A DNA stretch of 64,000 nucleotides from NCBI RefSeq assembly GCF_009914755.1, contig NC_060930.1; one strand, given 5' to 3'. Both the position numbers and the translations under genes were made by a program. This document shows, one piece after another, positions 13,901-27,203 of the stretch; position 1 is the stretch's first letter; every line of letters starts with the position of its first letter. A model generated the notes under the pieces. That model saw only the letters and a program-made list of their open reading frames with translations. It was not told where the DNA came from and searched no databases. This DNA comes from the human T2T-CHM13v2.0 reference genome, Homo sapiens.

Positions 13901-14566
13901 GTGGCGTTATGGGAAGTGGTGACTAGTCCAGCCCAGGCTTGCCAAAGGCTCTGTGGATGAATAGTCTTGCTAACAGATAAGGAAAAGGCAGAGCTGGGGG
14001 AGAACAAGGAGCTCCTAAATTTAGGGACAGAAAAATGTAAGAGAAGACTAATCTCAGATGAGGAAAAGTCATAGTGAAGGCTGTGAACCTTAAAGGCAAT
14101 CATCAGTCTATGAGAAATTAGGTATCCACATCCTACAATAGCCCACAAGATCCAAAAACCTCTGTTATTTTGTTTCAGGAAGAGGAAAATGATGAATAGT
14201 AGAAGCTCCGCCTGTGAAGATAATTTTACCTGCAGCTGAAATACCATGACCCAGATATTGAACACACAGAATAATTAAACTTTTCGTCTAGAAACTTTGT
14301 GGTCTTTTCTTGCCATTGCCTTAAAGTATTCAGTGTCCTAAAGGGAGTTGTCATAAATGAAAGTGCATAGAAAGAGGTCATTTACATATTGGATTACAGT
14401 GGAGTCTTCTGGGAATTTTAAGTCCATCATATAGGTTCATGAGAAATATGTAGGGCCTTAGTAAATCGTTGGGGCATAACAGTCCAGGTGTATTGTTTAT
14501 TTTCCCAGGTGAAGGCAAAGTAGTGAGATTCTTTATGAAGGGGAATATTATAAAAGGCAGAACACA

Positions 14567-14872
14567 GCCGAGAGCGGTGGCTCATGCCTGTAATTTCAGC
14601 ACTTTGGGAGGCCGAGGCAGGCTGATCACAAGGTCAGGAGATCGAGACCATCTTGGCTAACATGGTGAAACCCCATCTCTACTAAAAATACAAAAAATTA
14701 GCTGGGCGTGGTGGCGGATGCCTGTAGTCACAGCTACTTGGGAGGCTGAGGTAGGAGAAAGGCGTGAACTCGGGAGGCAGAGCTTTCAGTGAGCTGAGAT
14801 CAAGCCACTGTACTCCAGCCTGGGCAACAAGAGTGAGACTCTGTCTCAAAAAAAAAAAAAAAAAAAAAAAAA
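14567..14872 (+). mobile_element. AluY/Sc-like, inside the ERV
   Basis: Full dimer; long A tail; TSD aaaaggcagaacaca. Confidence 0.93.
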
Positions 14873-17473
14873 GGCAGAACACAAATGAATCACCATGAAA
14901 TATTGCATGTTGGAAGAGATAACAGATAGGATAGTGTTAGGATTAGGCACCAAGGGAAATCTTGATTTGACAGTGTAATTGATAGATCCTAGGAAGGAAC
15001 TGATATCCTTTCCCACTTGACTTTTTAATAGCCAAATGGAAGTAATGCACGGATTAGAAGTGGGGACTCATGTCTAATAAGCCTCTCATTATCAGGGAGA
15101 GCAATCGCTAGTCCTTGTGGTTTTAAATGATATTGGGGAATCCTGGGGAGAGGCTTGGAAGGATCTGTTTCTACCTTATATGGGTTCTGTATCGCATATA
15201 CCTTAGATAATTTTAATAGTTTGCTTAAATCTTTATTTAAGTGGATAGGTTGAAGTGGGCAAAGGAACTCCCTGCTTGGGGGAAGTCAGACAAAACCATT
15301 AGGGGACATAGACATGAAGAGGAAGACTCAGGGGTGGGTAGAAGCAGTCCAGCAGGAATTTTTGTACCTCCATTCATGGGAAGATACTTTCCACACAAGT
15401 TTACTGGGGTAGTGGAGCTGAGTAGAAAATTATGTTGACCTTTAAGAGGTCCCATAGAGATATGAGGATGAGCTGGGGGCAAAGCATCAAACCCCACCAC
15501 TGGTAAAGTTTGGTGACTGTGGGGAAGGGGGCAGGAAGTGAGGTCATGTTGAGGGTAGAATGTGTTGTCCTGGTATCGATGAGAGACGTGGAGGCCCTTT
15601 AACTTGTAGCATTATTTCTTCATGCAAGTTTAGTAGTAGTTGAGGGCATTGGGACATTTGCTTCTCTGGAGGAAAATAGACAATTCTCTGGTGAGGAGGG
15701 GGACTTGGGTTTTTCCCTCCTCTTGAGCACTGGGCAATTCCAGGCCCAGTGTCTTTTTTCCTCATGATATCAGCACATTGTTGAGATCAATGGGAGCCTT
15801 CCATTGTGGAGCTTGCTGTGAGTTAAAAATTTCAGGTTTTTCCAGTTGTTTTAACTGCAGTGCCACAAGCTTACATTGTGTATTTTCCAATGTTTTTGAA
15901 ATACTATTTTCATATTATTGGGCTAATGTCTGGAGCCTAGACGTGTATACATTTTGTTAATTAATATTATTTTTCTGTAATGTGTCTTGGAGGTCTGGCC
16001 TGAAACTATTGACAAAGATTGCATGGCCTGAGCAGAGGCTGTTTGGAAAGTCAGTTCCACCCCTGAATTCTCTTTCCATGTTGTCTTTAATTGATGGTGA
16101 TAGCCACAGTTTCATCAGTTTGTTATTTACAATGTTAGATATGTGACCAATCAATTTTAATGGGAGAGATTTGATGGATGGCTCCTAGTAATTTCTTACT
16201 TCCCTTGGGATATCAGGGGTAGCCTGAGACCCTTGAGTGCACCCAAGGAAGGAACTGAGATTCATCAGAAATAGTGGTCCATTTAGTTTTTTCAAAGCAA
16301 AGGGAGGCATTTCCAGGCCCAACCAACAGGCAGATAAGTTGATTTAAATCAGGGAATCCCAGAGAGTATGCACCTAGAATGATTCTAAATTGTTCAACAA
16401 ACCTTTCCCTTTCCTTTCTGTGGTCAGGAAAGTATTTGGTGATAGGATGCAATTCAGGCCTAGACCAAGGTTTAAATGTTCTCTCTTCTATTAACCTCAC
16501 TTGGCAACAGGTACTGGCTGATCCTGGGCTTCATCTGAAGGAGATGGAGGCCAGTGAACCTTTTGGTTACAGGGAGGTGAGGGACTGGAGGAGGGGGCAG
16601 ATGGTGGAAGAGAGTTTGGGAGAGGAGGCTATAAAGGAAAGCTGGGAGGGGAATATGGAGGTGCTGTTGAGAGCTCTAGGAACTTTACTGAGTCAGAAAA
16701 ATTTTTCTACAGACAGTGTGAAAGAGCCTCAGTAGTTTGACTGAGATTTGAATTATTTAGCTGTTTTTTGGCTTCTTAATACCAAGTGAAATAAGCAGAC
16801 CGCTGTGCATCCAAAAGCTTTGTTCCTTTTTGCTCTAGGGCTGTTTTTAGATGGACTAATTTAGGGATATACCAGGAGCCCCCACCATAGCCGAAGAGAG
16901 TTTTTGGTAAGGCTTTGCCAGTGAGAAAGCAAGCAGACAGTATTAGAACTATAGCGGCAAAGCAGGAGTTTGATAAGGTGAGGTTTCAATTGAGAAGTTC
17001 CCATGGGAGAAGCAGGATTAAACAGACAGAAGAGAGAGGCCTCATAAAGAGCAGGGAAAAAATTCCAGCCCAGGCATTGGGGAGTGGATCCCCACTGGAA
17101 ACAAAGAGCCAGGAGAAGTCTTCATCCCAGGAGACAAAGATCCAGGAAGAATTTTCCAGCCAAGAGCCAGGCTCAGGAGTCAGGGAGTAAATGTCTTCTT
17201 GACGCAGTGAGCCCCAGAAAGAAAGACTTCTAGCTGAGTAGATGCCTTTCAAACAAAGAAGTCTGGGCCTCTAATCCAGCTTCAGACAATGTAATCAGAA
17301 TCTTCATCAAAATCTGTCCTCACTGTGATTCGATGGACATTTATCTGGAGCACTGGATATTGGAATCACTCACCACCAGATACCCAAAAAGCAAGCAGAC
17401 TGAAGACAAAGTCTTGGTGTGTGCTTAGAGATTGGTTATTGTGTCCAAGAGTCTAATGGTGGTTCAGATCCAG

Positions 17474-17490
17474 ATCTAAATCATGGACCA
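17474..17490 (-). promoter_or_regulatory. Decayed primer-binding site, tRNA-His-like
   Basis: Minus strand TGGT-CCATGATTTAGAT lies 5 nt after the 5' LTR; compare the His PBS TGGTGCCGTGACTCGGAT. Differences are one deletion plus C>T/G>A changes. Confidence 0.55.
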
Positions 17491-18819
17491 AAAACTGTTA
17501 AAGAAAAATAAGAGATAGTAGTTAAAATGGTAAAAACAGATTTTATTCAGGAAAAGCTGCAATAGAAGAAGGGATTCCAGTATAGAACTGGGCTTAATTC
17601 CATATAGAGAGCATGCGCAAGTGGGGATTCCTAATTCCAAATAGCATGGACAAGAGAGCAGGGATGGGGGTCAGTGGATGAAAAATTACTAAGAGGAAAT
17701 AAACGTCACGGGTAAGGGGATTCTGGTTAAACAGAACTAACAGGATCCTTGCTGCAGGTTGGCCAGGGTGATAAGATACCAAGGGTGGCAGTGAGGAATT
17801 TGATCAGATATTGAGGGTGATCTCAATATCTGGGGGGTTCTTTCTCAACTGACTTTGTAAGATTCCTGTTACAACTGGGTGATGTAAAGAGGAATACAGA
17901 AATCCAAAGCTCTAGGCCTAGTTGAGATGAGGATTCAGAAGAGCCTGACTAAAGTTTGGTCAAGGAGAGCATTTTATCACTGTGTGCAGGACGCTATACC
18001 AAGTACTTTGTGAAAATGAGCTAACTTAATCCCCAAGTCAACCCTATGTGATAGATATAACTCCTTTTTTACATAAAAGAGAATTGTTGCAAAGAAGTTA
18101 AGTAAACTGTCCAAGGTCACACAGCTAGCATGTAGTAGAGACAATATTTAAACTTGAGTATCTGACTTCAACCATTAGTATTTACTGCCTCCTGGACTCC
18201 TTGGGGCCTCCACATCTCCTTTGGTGTGTTGTTTGGTTAGAATATGTGTGATGTTCTAATGATCTCTAAGAGTTAAACTGTGTTTGAAGTTAAGAGTTAA
18301 AGGGAAGTATTTGGATCTATAGGTGACTGATTACAAATTTAGTTTAATAGATAGTAATTGAGTAATTTAGTTACATAAGAATTTAAAAGGGGGCACCATA
18401 TATTAAATGCCTACAACATCACTCTGGTTATTAAAATTATACATTAGACTTTAAGGTAGTGACTCAAGACAACATAATCAATAGGTCAAAAAATTATCGC
18501 AAGAATATGTGCTAAGAAAAGGCCATAAGGTGGTTTCCTGACCTTTTCCTCCTGGCAGATTCACTTGTATGTGTGACCCTGATGCTGAGCTTGAGTTTCT
18601 GTTAGTACTTATGATAACTAATCTTCATGGGACCTACTTCTAATGATTTTGGTATCCTAAATTCTGGGCACTGGTGAGTAATAATGAGGTCACTTTGTAG
18701 TTTAGCAGACTCTCACTTTGTTTCTTTTAATATGTAAATTAGAGTTCCAAGTTCTTGAAGGTAAGAAACACCTGCCACTAAAAAGAAGGTTAAAATGTCC
18801 TCCTGAAGAAATGTTGTAT

Positions 18820-19500
18820 CTGGCTGTTATTAAAAAGCAAAAAATTAATGGGTGATGGCGAGATCGTGGAGAAAAGGGAATCCTTACACACTACTGGCGA
18901 GAATGCAAATCAGTTCAGCCCCTGAGGAAATCCCCCGTTTGGAGATTTCTCAAACTAAAATAGAATTACCATTCCACCCAGGAATCCCATTACTACGTAT
19001 ATACCCAAAGGAAAATAAATTGTTCTACCAAAAAGACACCTGCACTTTTATGTTTATCACAGCACTCCTCACAATAGCAAAGATATGAAATCAACCCAGG
19101 TACCCATCAAACGTGAATTAGATAAAGAAAATATGGTACATATACAACAAGGAATACTACACAGCCATAAAAAGAACAAAATCATGTCCTTTGCATCAGC
19201 ATGGATGCAGCGGGAGGTCATTAACCTAAGTGAATTAACACAGGAACAGAAAATCAAATACTGCATGTTCTCACTTATAAGTGGGAGCTAAACATTGGGT
19301 ACGCATGGACATAAATATGGGAATAATAGACACTGAGGACCTAGAGCCAGGAAAGAGGGAAAAGAAGAAGGGTTGAAAAATTACCTATTGGGTACTTTGT
19401 TCACTACTTGGGTGATGGGATCATTAAAAGCCCTAACAGCTTCACACAATATAACGGTATAACAAACCTGCATGTGTAATAAATTTAAAAATTAAAAATT
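18820..19500 (+). mobile_element. L1PA/L1PB 3' end (older primate)
   Basis: ORF2 C-terminus remnants (ELPFHPGIPLL..., KYCMFSLISGS) followed by 3'UTR. Confidence 0.88.
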
Positions 19501-19690
19501 TTTAAATGCCATATCCTTATGCTGATTTCTGTGCACATATACATGGCTCTTTTGCCTCATTTAGGTCAAGAAGATGTTCCTTTTTGAATACAAATCTCTC
19601 TCTAAAGGATACTTTTTAACCATTCTCACTTTATTGTTCAAGCCGACCTTGCATAATGAAGGTTTTGTTGCTTTGAAAATAGGAGTAGTA

Positions 19691-19982
19691 GGCCAGGCGT
19701 GATGGCTCACGCCTGTAATCTCAGCACTTTGGGAGGCTGAGGTGGGTGGATCACCTGAGGTTAAGAGTTCGAGACCAGCCTGGCCAACATGCAACATGGT
19801 CTCTACTAAAAATACAAAAACTAGCTGGGCTGGTGGAGGGCACTTGTAATCCCAGCTACTCAGGAGGCTGAGGCAGGAGAATGGCTTGAACCTGGGAGGC
19901 GGAGGTCTCAGTGAACCAAGATCACACCACTGCACTCCAGCTTGGGTGACAGAGTAAGACTCTGTCTCAAAAAAAAAAAAAA
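19691..19982 (+). mobile_element. AluSx-like
   Basis: Full dimer; TSD aaaataggagta. Confidence 0.92.
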
Positions 19983-20418
19983 TAGGAGTAATATTTAGTC
20001 TTGTGTTTTTTTCCTTGTAGGAAAGACTTTATTCTAAGGAAGACCGTGCAATGCACTGTCCATGTCAGCAAAGAGATGTTTATACCATAGTGTTTGAATA
20101 GATTTGGGCATAAATACTTTAAAAAATATAATAAGGTCACTAGACCCTGGGTGGGCTTGGGATAGAAGACAAAGTTGTGAAAGAGGCTCTGAGAACAGGG
20201 TTGGAACTGGATAAAGGTGTGCCTGCTTTACAGTTTTTCTTGAGTTCATCATTTAACATAATGCCTCTGAAAGTAACTTACTGCTGTCTTTAATAGAAAT
20301 GTATATTGGTATATTGCCAGTGCCACAGCTGGGATGTCTGGACTAATTTGGAAGGTTGCAAACTGCCACGTACCCACCTTCAGACCTGTCTTGACTTTCT
20401 GGCCTTTCCCCACACTGA

Positions 20419-20770
<352 letters not shown>

Positions 20771-21479
20771 CTTCCTACCTCTTTTCATACCCAATGCTTA
20801 GAGGTTTTCCTTTGAGTCGTGGATATGAAGACCTAGAAAGTATTTGCTAAAAAATATCTCCAAGTAAATACAGTCTCTGTACAATATTTGTTGAATTTGT
20901 AAATTTGAAAACCAGAGATGACAATTTGTTTGGTAAATACATGGATAGTTTGAAAGCTTAGTAAGATCCAAGTTTCATTTATTTTTATTTTTTTCTTGTT
21001 TCCAGTAGGCTTGGAAGAGTCCAAATTTTAGACATGTATACAAAGGCAGTAAATGAATTGGAAAGAAGAGGGAAGTTAATACTTTTAGCTTTTCTCTTTT
21101 AGAGAGATTAGCTTTCCATTATTTTAACAGAATAGCTTACCAATATGTTCTTTCCCTATTTTGTGATGAACGTAACTGAAATCTTGTATCTAATTAAATT
21201 CAATTCCTACCTAAAAGTTTTCACAAAAAAGATTATAGTTCATGTTTGTGACTAAAGAAACAAACAGAAGTTGTTTATAAAATGTTTGGTGGAAATTTTA
21301 ATGTCTTTGTTTTCACCAGTGAAATTAATGATGACTTGAAAGTCTTTCTTCTTTATTGAAAGTTTTCTTTTCTTTGAAATGCTATTTGTTTTTCTGGTTA
21401 TTGGTTACTTGTGGACAGATAGCAGTTGTGAAGACATAAACTACTGATTGTTAAAAATTTCAGCATTCTCTTTTTAAAA

Positions 21480-23822
21480 GAAATCGGCAAGCCAATTCTA
21501 AAATTTATATGGAAATGCAAGGACGTAGAATAGCCAAAATAATCTTGAAAATGAACAAAGTAGGACTCACTTACCTTTGAAAGTTACTCTAAAGCTATTG
21601 TAATCAAGACTGTGTTATTGGCAAAAGGACAGACATATAGATCAGTGGGGTCCAGTTGGATCTGATCCAGTCAGATCCAGTTCCAAATATAGACCTACAC
21701 ATATGTGGTCAAATTTGATGAGGATGCTGAAGTGATTTAATGGGAAAAAGAAAGTGTCTTCAACATATGGTGTTCAGAAAGGTGTTTTTCCACATGCAGA
21801 ATAAAAAAGAACTTTGATTCCTACCTTACACCACAGACAAAAATTAACTTGAGATGAATCAGGACCTAGACTTAAAAGCTAAAACATTACAATTTCTAAA
21901 GGACAACATAAAAATATCTTTGCAATTTATCTTAGGACACAGAGAGCACTACCATTAAAAAGTTGATAAATTGGACTTCATCAAAAATAAAAACACCTGC
22001 TCATCAGAAGATAACATCAAGTTGATAAGCCTTTGTTACAATTACATTTGACAAAAGGCTTGTGTCCAGAATATATAAAGAATTATTCAATTATGGAATA
22101 ATTAAAAGAAGGCAATCAGCATTTTTAAATGGGCAAAAGATTTGAACAGACATTTCATAAAATAAGGAATATCACTGGTCAAAAAGCACATGAAAAAGTG
22201 CTCATGATCATTAGTCATCAGGGAAATGCAAAGTGAGATACCATTGGCTACCCACCAGAATGGCTAAAATTAGCAATATTGATCATACCAAATGTTGGGG
22301 AGAATGTGGAACTGTTAGTGATTGCTGGTGGGGGTATAAAATAGTACAACTACTCTGGAAAATGTTTGGCAGCAATTCCACTTCTATGTATTTATCCCAG
22401 AGAAATGAAAATATATACCTACAAAAGTCATATGTAAGAATGTTCATGGCCACTTGATTGAGAATAGCCAAAAACTGTAAAAACCCAGTGTGTATGGTAG
22501 GAAAAAACCAATTTTCTCCTACTGTACTCTCAACACAGAGAGTATAGCGACCAGATGTGTGGATTTTTCTCACACTGACCAATTCTCTGATGCTAGCCGG
22601 ATAGCCTATATTCAATTCACTTCTGACACTAACTAGAGCTCGTGCAGATCTCTCATGGATTAAGAGCTCAGTCTCACAAGACTGTGCCCTACTTCATATA
22701 CCAATTGCAAGCAGTAGGTTCCCAGGTCACCACAACTTCTGACCAGTTTGGCCACAAGTGGGAGGTTACCACAACCCCCTTCTCAGGTTCAGTAATGTGC
22801 TAGAGCAGCTCATAGAACTCAGGGAAACACTTATATTTATCAGTTTATTATAAAGGATGTTTTAAGGGATACAGGTGAACAGCCAAAGAAGTACTCTGGG
22901 TAAGATATGTAGGAAGCGGCATGGACCTTCCATGCCCTCTCTGGGTGTTCCACCCTCCTATCATCTCCATGTCTTCAGCATCCCAGATGCTTTCTAAACC
23001 CTGTAGTTTAGGGATTTTTATGGAGCCTTCATCATATAGGCTGAGCATTTATTAACTCATTTTTCAGCCCCCTCCTTTTCCTGGAGGATGGCATAGTGTG
23101 GCTGAAAGTTCCAGGCTTCTAATTATGGCTTGGTCTTTCTGGTGACCAGCCCCCATCTAGGAGCCCACCAAGAGTCACCTCATTAGAACAAAAGACATTC
23201 TTATCAATGCCCAGGGAGTTCCAAGGGATTAGCAACTCTGTTAGAAACTGGGGCCACAGACCAAATATTAGAACAGAAGATGCACCTAGCATCCCTCTTG
23301 CTCAGGAAATTACAAGAGTTTTGAGAACTCTCTGCGAGGAACCAGGGTCAGGGATCAAATACACATTTCTTATTGTATCACAATATCACATCCAGGTGCC
23401 CATCAGCAAGAGCCTAGACAAGCAATCTGGTATATCCATACAGTAGAACACTGCTCGGCAATAAAAAAGAACAAATTGCTGATACATGTAATGGCAAGGA
23501 TAAATCTCAGAAGCATTAAAGGACATGAAAGAAGCCAGACACAAAATACTTTATACTGTATGATTCCATTGATATAAAGTTATAGAATAGTTAAAACTAA
23601 TCTGTGGTAACAAAAATCGGATCAGTAGTTGCTTCTGGTTGTGGAGGGAGGGGAATGTTGACTGAGAAGAAGCAAGAGGGAATTCTACAGGTTGATAGAA
23701 ATGTTCTATCTTCTGGTAGGGGTGTGGGTTATATAGGTATAGTCACTTACCCAAACTGATCAAACTATAGACTTAAGATATCTGCATTTCACTATATTTA
23801 AATTATAACCTCAAATTAAAAA
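21480..23822 (+). mobile_element. Old L1M (ORF2 end + 3'UTR), split by the MER21 LTR
   Basis: aaatttatatggaaatgcaag...aatagccaaaataatcttg; gggaaatgcaaa; atactgtatgattccatt. Confidence 0.8.
22489..23390 (-). mobile_element. Solo LTR, MER21-like
   Basis: Minus strand begins TGTGATATTGTGATACAATAAGAAATG; flanks cccag/tccag; the host L1 reads through once the LTR is removed. Confidence 0.85.
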
Positions 23823-25781
23823 ATCTCACACAAAAAATAGCAAGGTATTTTCCTATCTCTTATTCTGACTCTCTTTCTTATTCTCTTAAAGTATTGGACA
23901 GCCCAGTCCCACTATACTGAGGCAATTTTTGAAAGAAAATAAAATTTATTACTTTTATTATCTTTTAATGTATCCACTATACTCTATATAGGGCATCATT
24001 TAAACTCTTTCTCAGTCTTTGTTGTTGTTGTTACAGTGAAGAAGAAAAGCTATCCAGAAGAACAAAATAGCACAGCCGTGTAAACTTACAATGATTTGGC
24101 AAGTTTTTGAAGTTATTTAATCCTGATAAGTTAAAATCCCTTGAAGCATATTTATACATTCATCTTTCCAAACAGCTACCGCTTATTTGCTCTTTCATTC
24201 AAGTGAAGGTTATTGAGCACCTCCTATGAGTAGATGTTTTATCAGATACTGAGTAGGCATGCTACGATGAGTACGCAACCAAGTCCCTGCCCTTAACAGC
24301 ATTCCTAGTTTAGAAGTGATAAATACAAAAATAAATTCCATTGCAACAAGAAAGGTACAGCACCGTACAAACTGCTGCTGTGCGTTCTTTTGAGGAAGCA
24401 ATGTCTTCTGCCTTGGGTGCTTGGGAAGATTCCACAGAGGAAGTGACATTTGAGCCAGTTTGTATGAATAGTTAGAGTTGTGGATAGGAGTTGGAAGAAG
24501 GGGGACATTTTAAGAAGATGACTAGAAATGTAATTGAATAGTTTAGTGAGTCTTTTATCCTCCTTAAACCTTTAGGTAAAGGTTCTGTTAGTATCTACTG
24601 AAATAGAAGTCTTTTGCAGTAGCATAGTCAGTGTTTAAACTAGGACACCAAATATTTTCCATTTTTTCCCTCACCAATAGCAGCTAATATTTATTGAGAA
24701 CAAAGGATGTGACAGGTACTCTGCTTAATGTTTTAATTTAATTTAATATAATCCCCATAGCAATTTAATGCATTAATATTACTGTCCCTATAGATTAGGA
24801 TAATTGAGGATTGAAGTAATATCCTTTATAAATGGACAAGCTGGGGATTCTTTCCCAGGTTTCTCTGCCTCCAAAGCCTGGGATCTTTAAAAAGCCTACT
24901 CTGTGTGTGTTGCTCTTAGTATGAGCCCAGAGAAAGCAAGCCAAGGGCAACTCTGAAGTGTCTTGCGGTCACTTAAAAGAGGGGGGATTTACCTGTTTTC
25001 CAAAATATGGCCTGCCCACCTTTTGTATTTAAGTTTCAGTTCATTGCCAATATGTATAATTATTTATAAACTCAAAATAATCTGTTTTATTTTTATTTCT
25101 ATCTACATGATACTTTAATTTCATGTATGAAAAATTGCCAAGTAATCATTCTCTAAGCTTTCTACAGTATCCATTTTATAAGTTAAAGAATCATAGGAGT
25201 AAAAACTATAAGCTCTTTATAGCCATTTCACTCTAGTTATTAGAGTGAGAACCTTGAAGATTTTGCCCTTTGAAAATGACTTGTTATTTGGGCAATCTGG
25301 CTTCTCACTATTTAACAAGTGTTGCTTAAAGTATCGTGTAGGAACATTTGATGTGCTCCACAGCCACTCACAGCTTCTGATAATTCTGTTTGTGCCAGCC
25401 TTGAGAGATCACCGAGTGGTAGTTTAAGATTGTGCTCTAGTATAAAAGTGGCAACGTTTGTCTTTTAAACAAACATATTTTTTTCAGAGTAGAAGATAAA
25501 TTTTTGACTAAATCAGTCATTTGCCATACTCTAAAATTCATTTTAGAAACTTGGTTTTAGTTTTTGCCCAAATGACCACTTAACATGGGACACCCACCCT
25601 AACCCCTACCTCTTTCCCAGGAAAGTTAGATTTTTGTCCAAGATTCCACCAGTATTGAATATTTGCTCTTGCCAGATATCTTGTCAAAGGTACATTGTCT
25701 GCTTTTGGTTGACCAATGGGGTGTGGGTTGTTATGCCAGATGAGTGTCACCTAGTAGTGGAATTAGAAAATCATCAACCAA

Positions 25782-25967
25782 GGGCCCGGCATAGTGGCTC
25801 ACATCTGCAATCCCAGGGCTTTAGGAGGCCAAGGTGGGAGGATTGCTTGAGCCCAGGAGTTTGAGACCAGCCTGGGCAACATAGCAAGACCTTGTCTGGT
25901 GACACACACCTGTAGTCCTAGTCACCCAGGAGGCTGAGGTGGGAAGATCACTTGAGCCCAGGAGTTC
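25782..25967 (+). mobile_element. AluJ lacking the middle A-linker and 3'-truncated
   Basis: Left arm joins the right arm at cttgtc|tggtg; ends at gagcccaggagttc. Confidence 0.85.
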
Positions 25968-26176
25968 TATGAGCTGCTCTAGCACATTACTGAACCTGAG
26001 AAGGGGGTTGTGGTAACCTCCCACTTGTGGCCAAACTGGTCAGAAGTTGTGGTGACCTGGGAACCTACTCCTTGCAATTGGTATATGAAGTAGGGCACAG
26101 TCTTGTGTGACTGAGCTCTTAATCCATGAGAGATCTGCACGAGCTCCAGTTAGTGTCAGAAGTGAATTGAATATAG
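25962..26176 (+). repeat. 215-bp inverted duplicate of 22606-22820 (MER21 segment)
   Basis: Manual alignment to the reverse complement: 212/215 identical, no gaps. Confidence 0.97.
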
Positions 26177-26702
26177 CCCACATTCTTTCCATAATACCAC
26201 ACTTCCTTAGTAATAAGAAATAACAAGATATTTAAAAATAAGAACTTCCAGTTAAATCTTTTTAGGACATAACTTCTCTCTTTCAGACTCCGTTTTAAAT
26301 GACACTTCATTTTGTGGTCCAAAATCAGAAGTAATCTCTTCTTCCTACATATTTCAATAGCATTTTACCTATACTTATACCTAGACCTCTCTAGAAGATT
26401 TATCTTCATAACATATTTGATTTTTATAGCACTTTACTTCTTTTATGACACATTATCATGCTATTTTCTATTAATCACGCATTCACATAGGTGATTAGTT
26501 CCTCTAGGACCATAAACTCCTTGAGGTAAGATCTGTCTATTGGATCTTTGCACCCACCTCAGTACCAGCATGCATGAAGAAGAACATGTGAAGTACTCCT
26601 TGGTCTACTATAGCATTAGGAAGGCTATCAACCCGTTATTCTGCTTCCATTAAATGCTTTCCAATGCCTGATGGTTAGTGACTTTTTAAATTTAATTTTA
26701 AA

Positions 26703-26846
26703 TTTTTTTTAGAGTCAGAATATTGCTCTGTTGCCCTGACTGCAATGCCACGATCATAGCTCACTGCCTCAGGCTCCTGAGTAGCTGAGATGACAGGTGC
26801 ATGCCACCACACACAGCTAATATTTAATTTTTTTGTAGAGATGGGT
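26703..26846 (-). mobile_element. Mosaic Alu fragment; 26764-26846 duplicates 27325-27406
   Basis: Shares private variants with the downstream AluJ. Confidence 0.8.
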
Positions 26847-27203
26847 TTTGGAATCAGACTTGTCTGTACATGTCTACCATTTAATAACTGTTGTACATCA
26901 CATTGCTTCATTCTTTGAACTTCAGTTTTCTCAAGTGTAGCATCATAGAGGAGTTGTGATTATCTAAATGATTAAATGGGATTACACTTTTAAAAGCTCC
27001 TACAAAATGCCTGGCACCTGGTCACTTTTCATTATATGCTGGTTCCTTTTGTTCTCCTGTCTGACTCAATTCAAAGTCCCTTCTGTCTCATTAGCTTGTT
27101 TTATGAACATGGAGGCAAGGATTCTGGGTAGGAGGCAGTTGTAGTACTTCATTCATTAAGCATTTGCTGACTACTTTGTATAGTGGAAATCCAGAGGAAG
27201 GGA

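Larger units (their letters stand above)
12492..17979 (-). mobile_element. Decayed two-LTR ERV1 provirus, MER31-type
   Basis: Homologous LTRs at 12492-12991 and 17496-17979; flanks ctat/ctgt inside an L2/MIR-like host (tattgagtgcttactat...gtgcaggacgct). Minus-strand gag-like remnant (PWSRPEL...FPD...FVEQFRIILGAY...PDLNQL, 16213-16500) and protease-like remnant (FLLSSTTPVNLCG, ~15390-15430). Confidence 0.88.

Noticed and set aside
17050-17190. Short degenerate repeats (aaagagccagg / ttccagcc) resembling an array
   Set aside because: Irregular units in the ERV leader, typical of ERV1 internals; not CRISPR-like.
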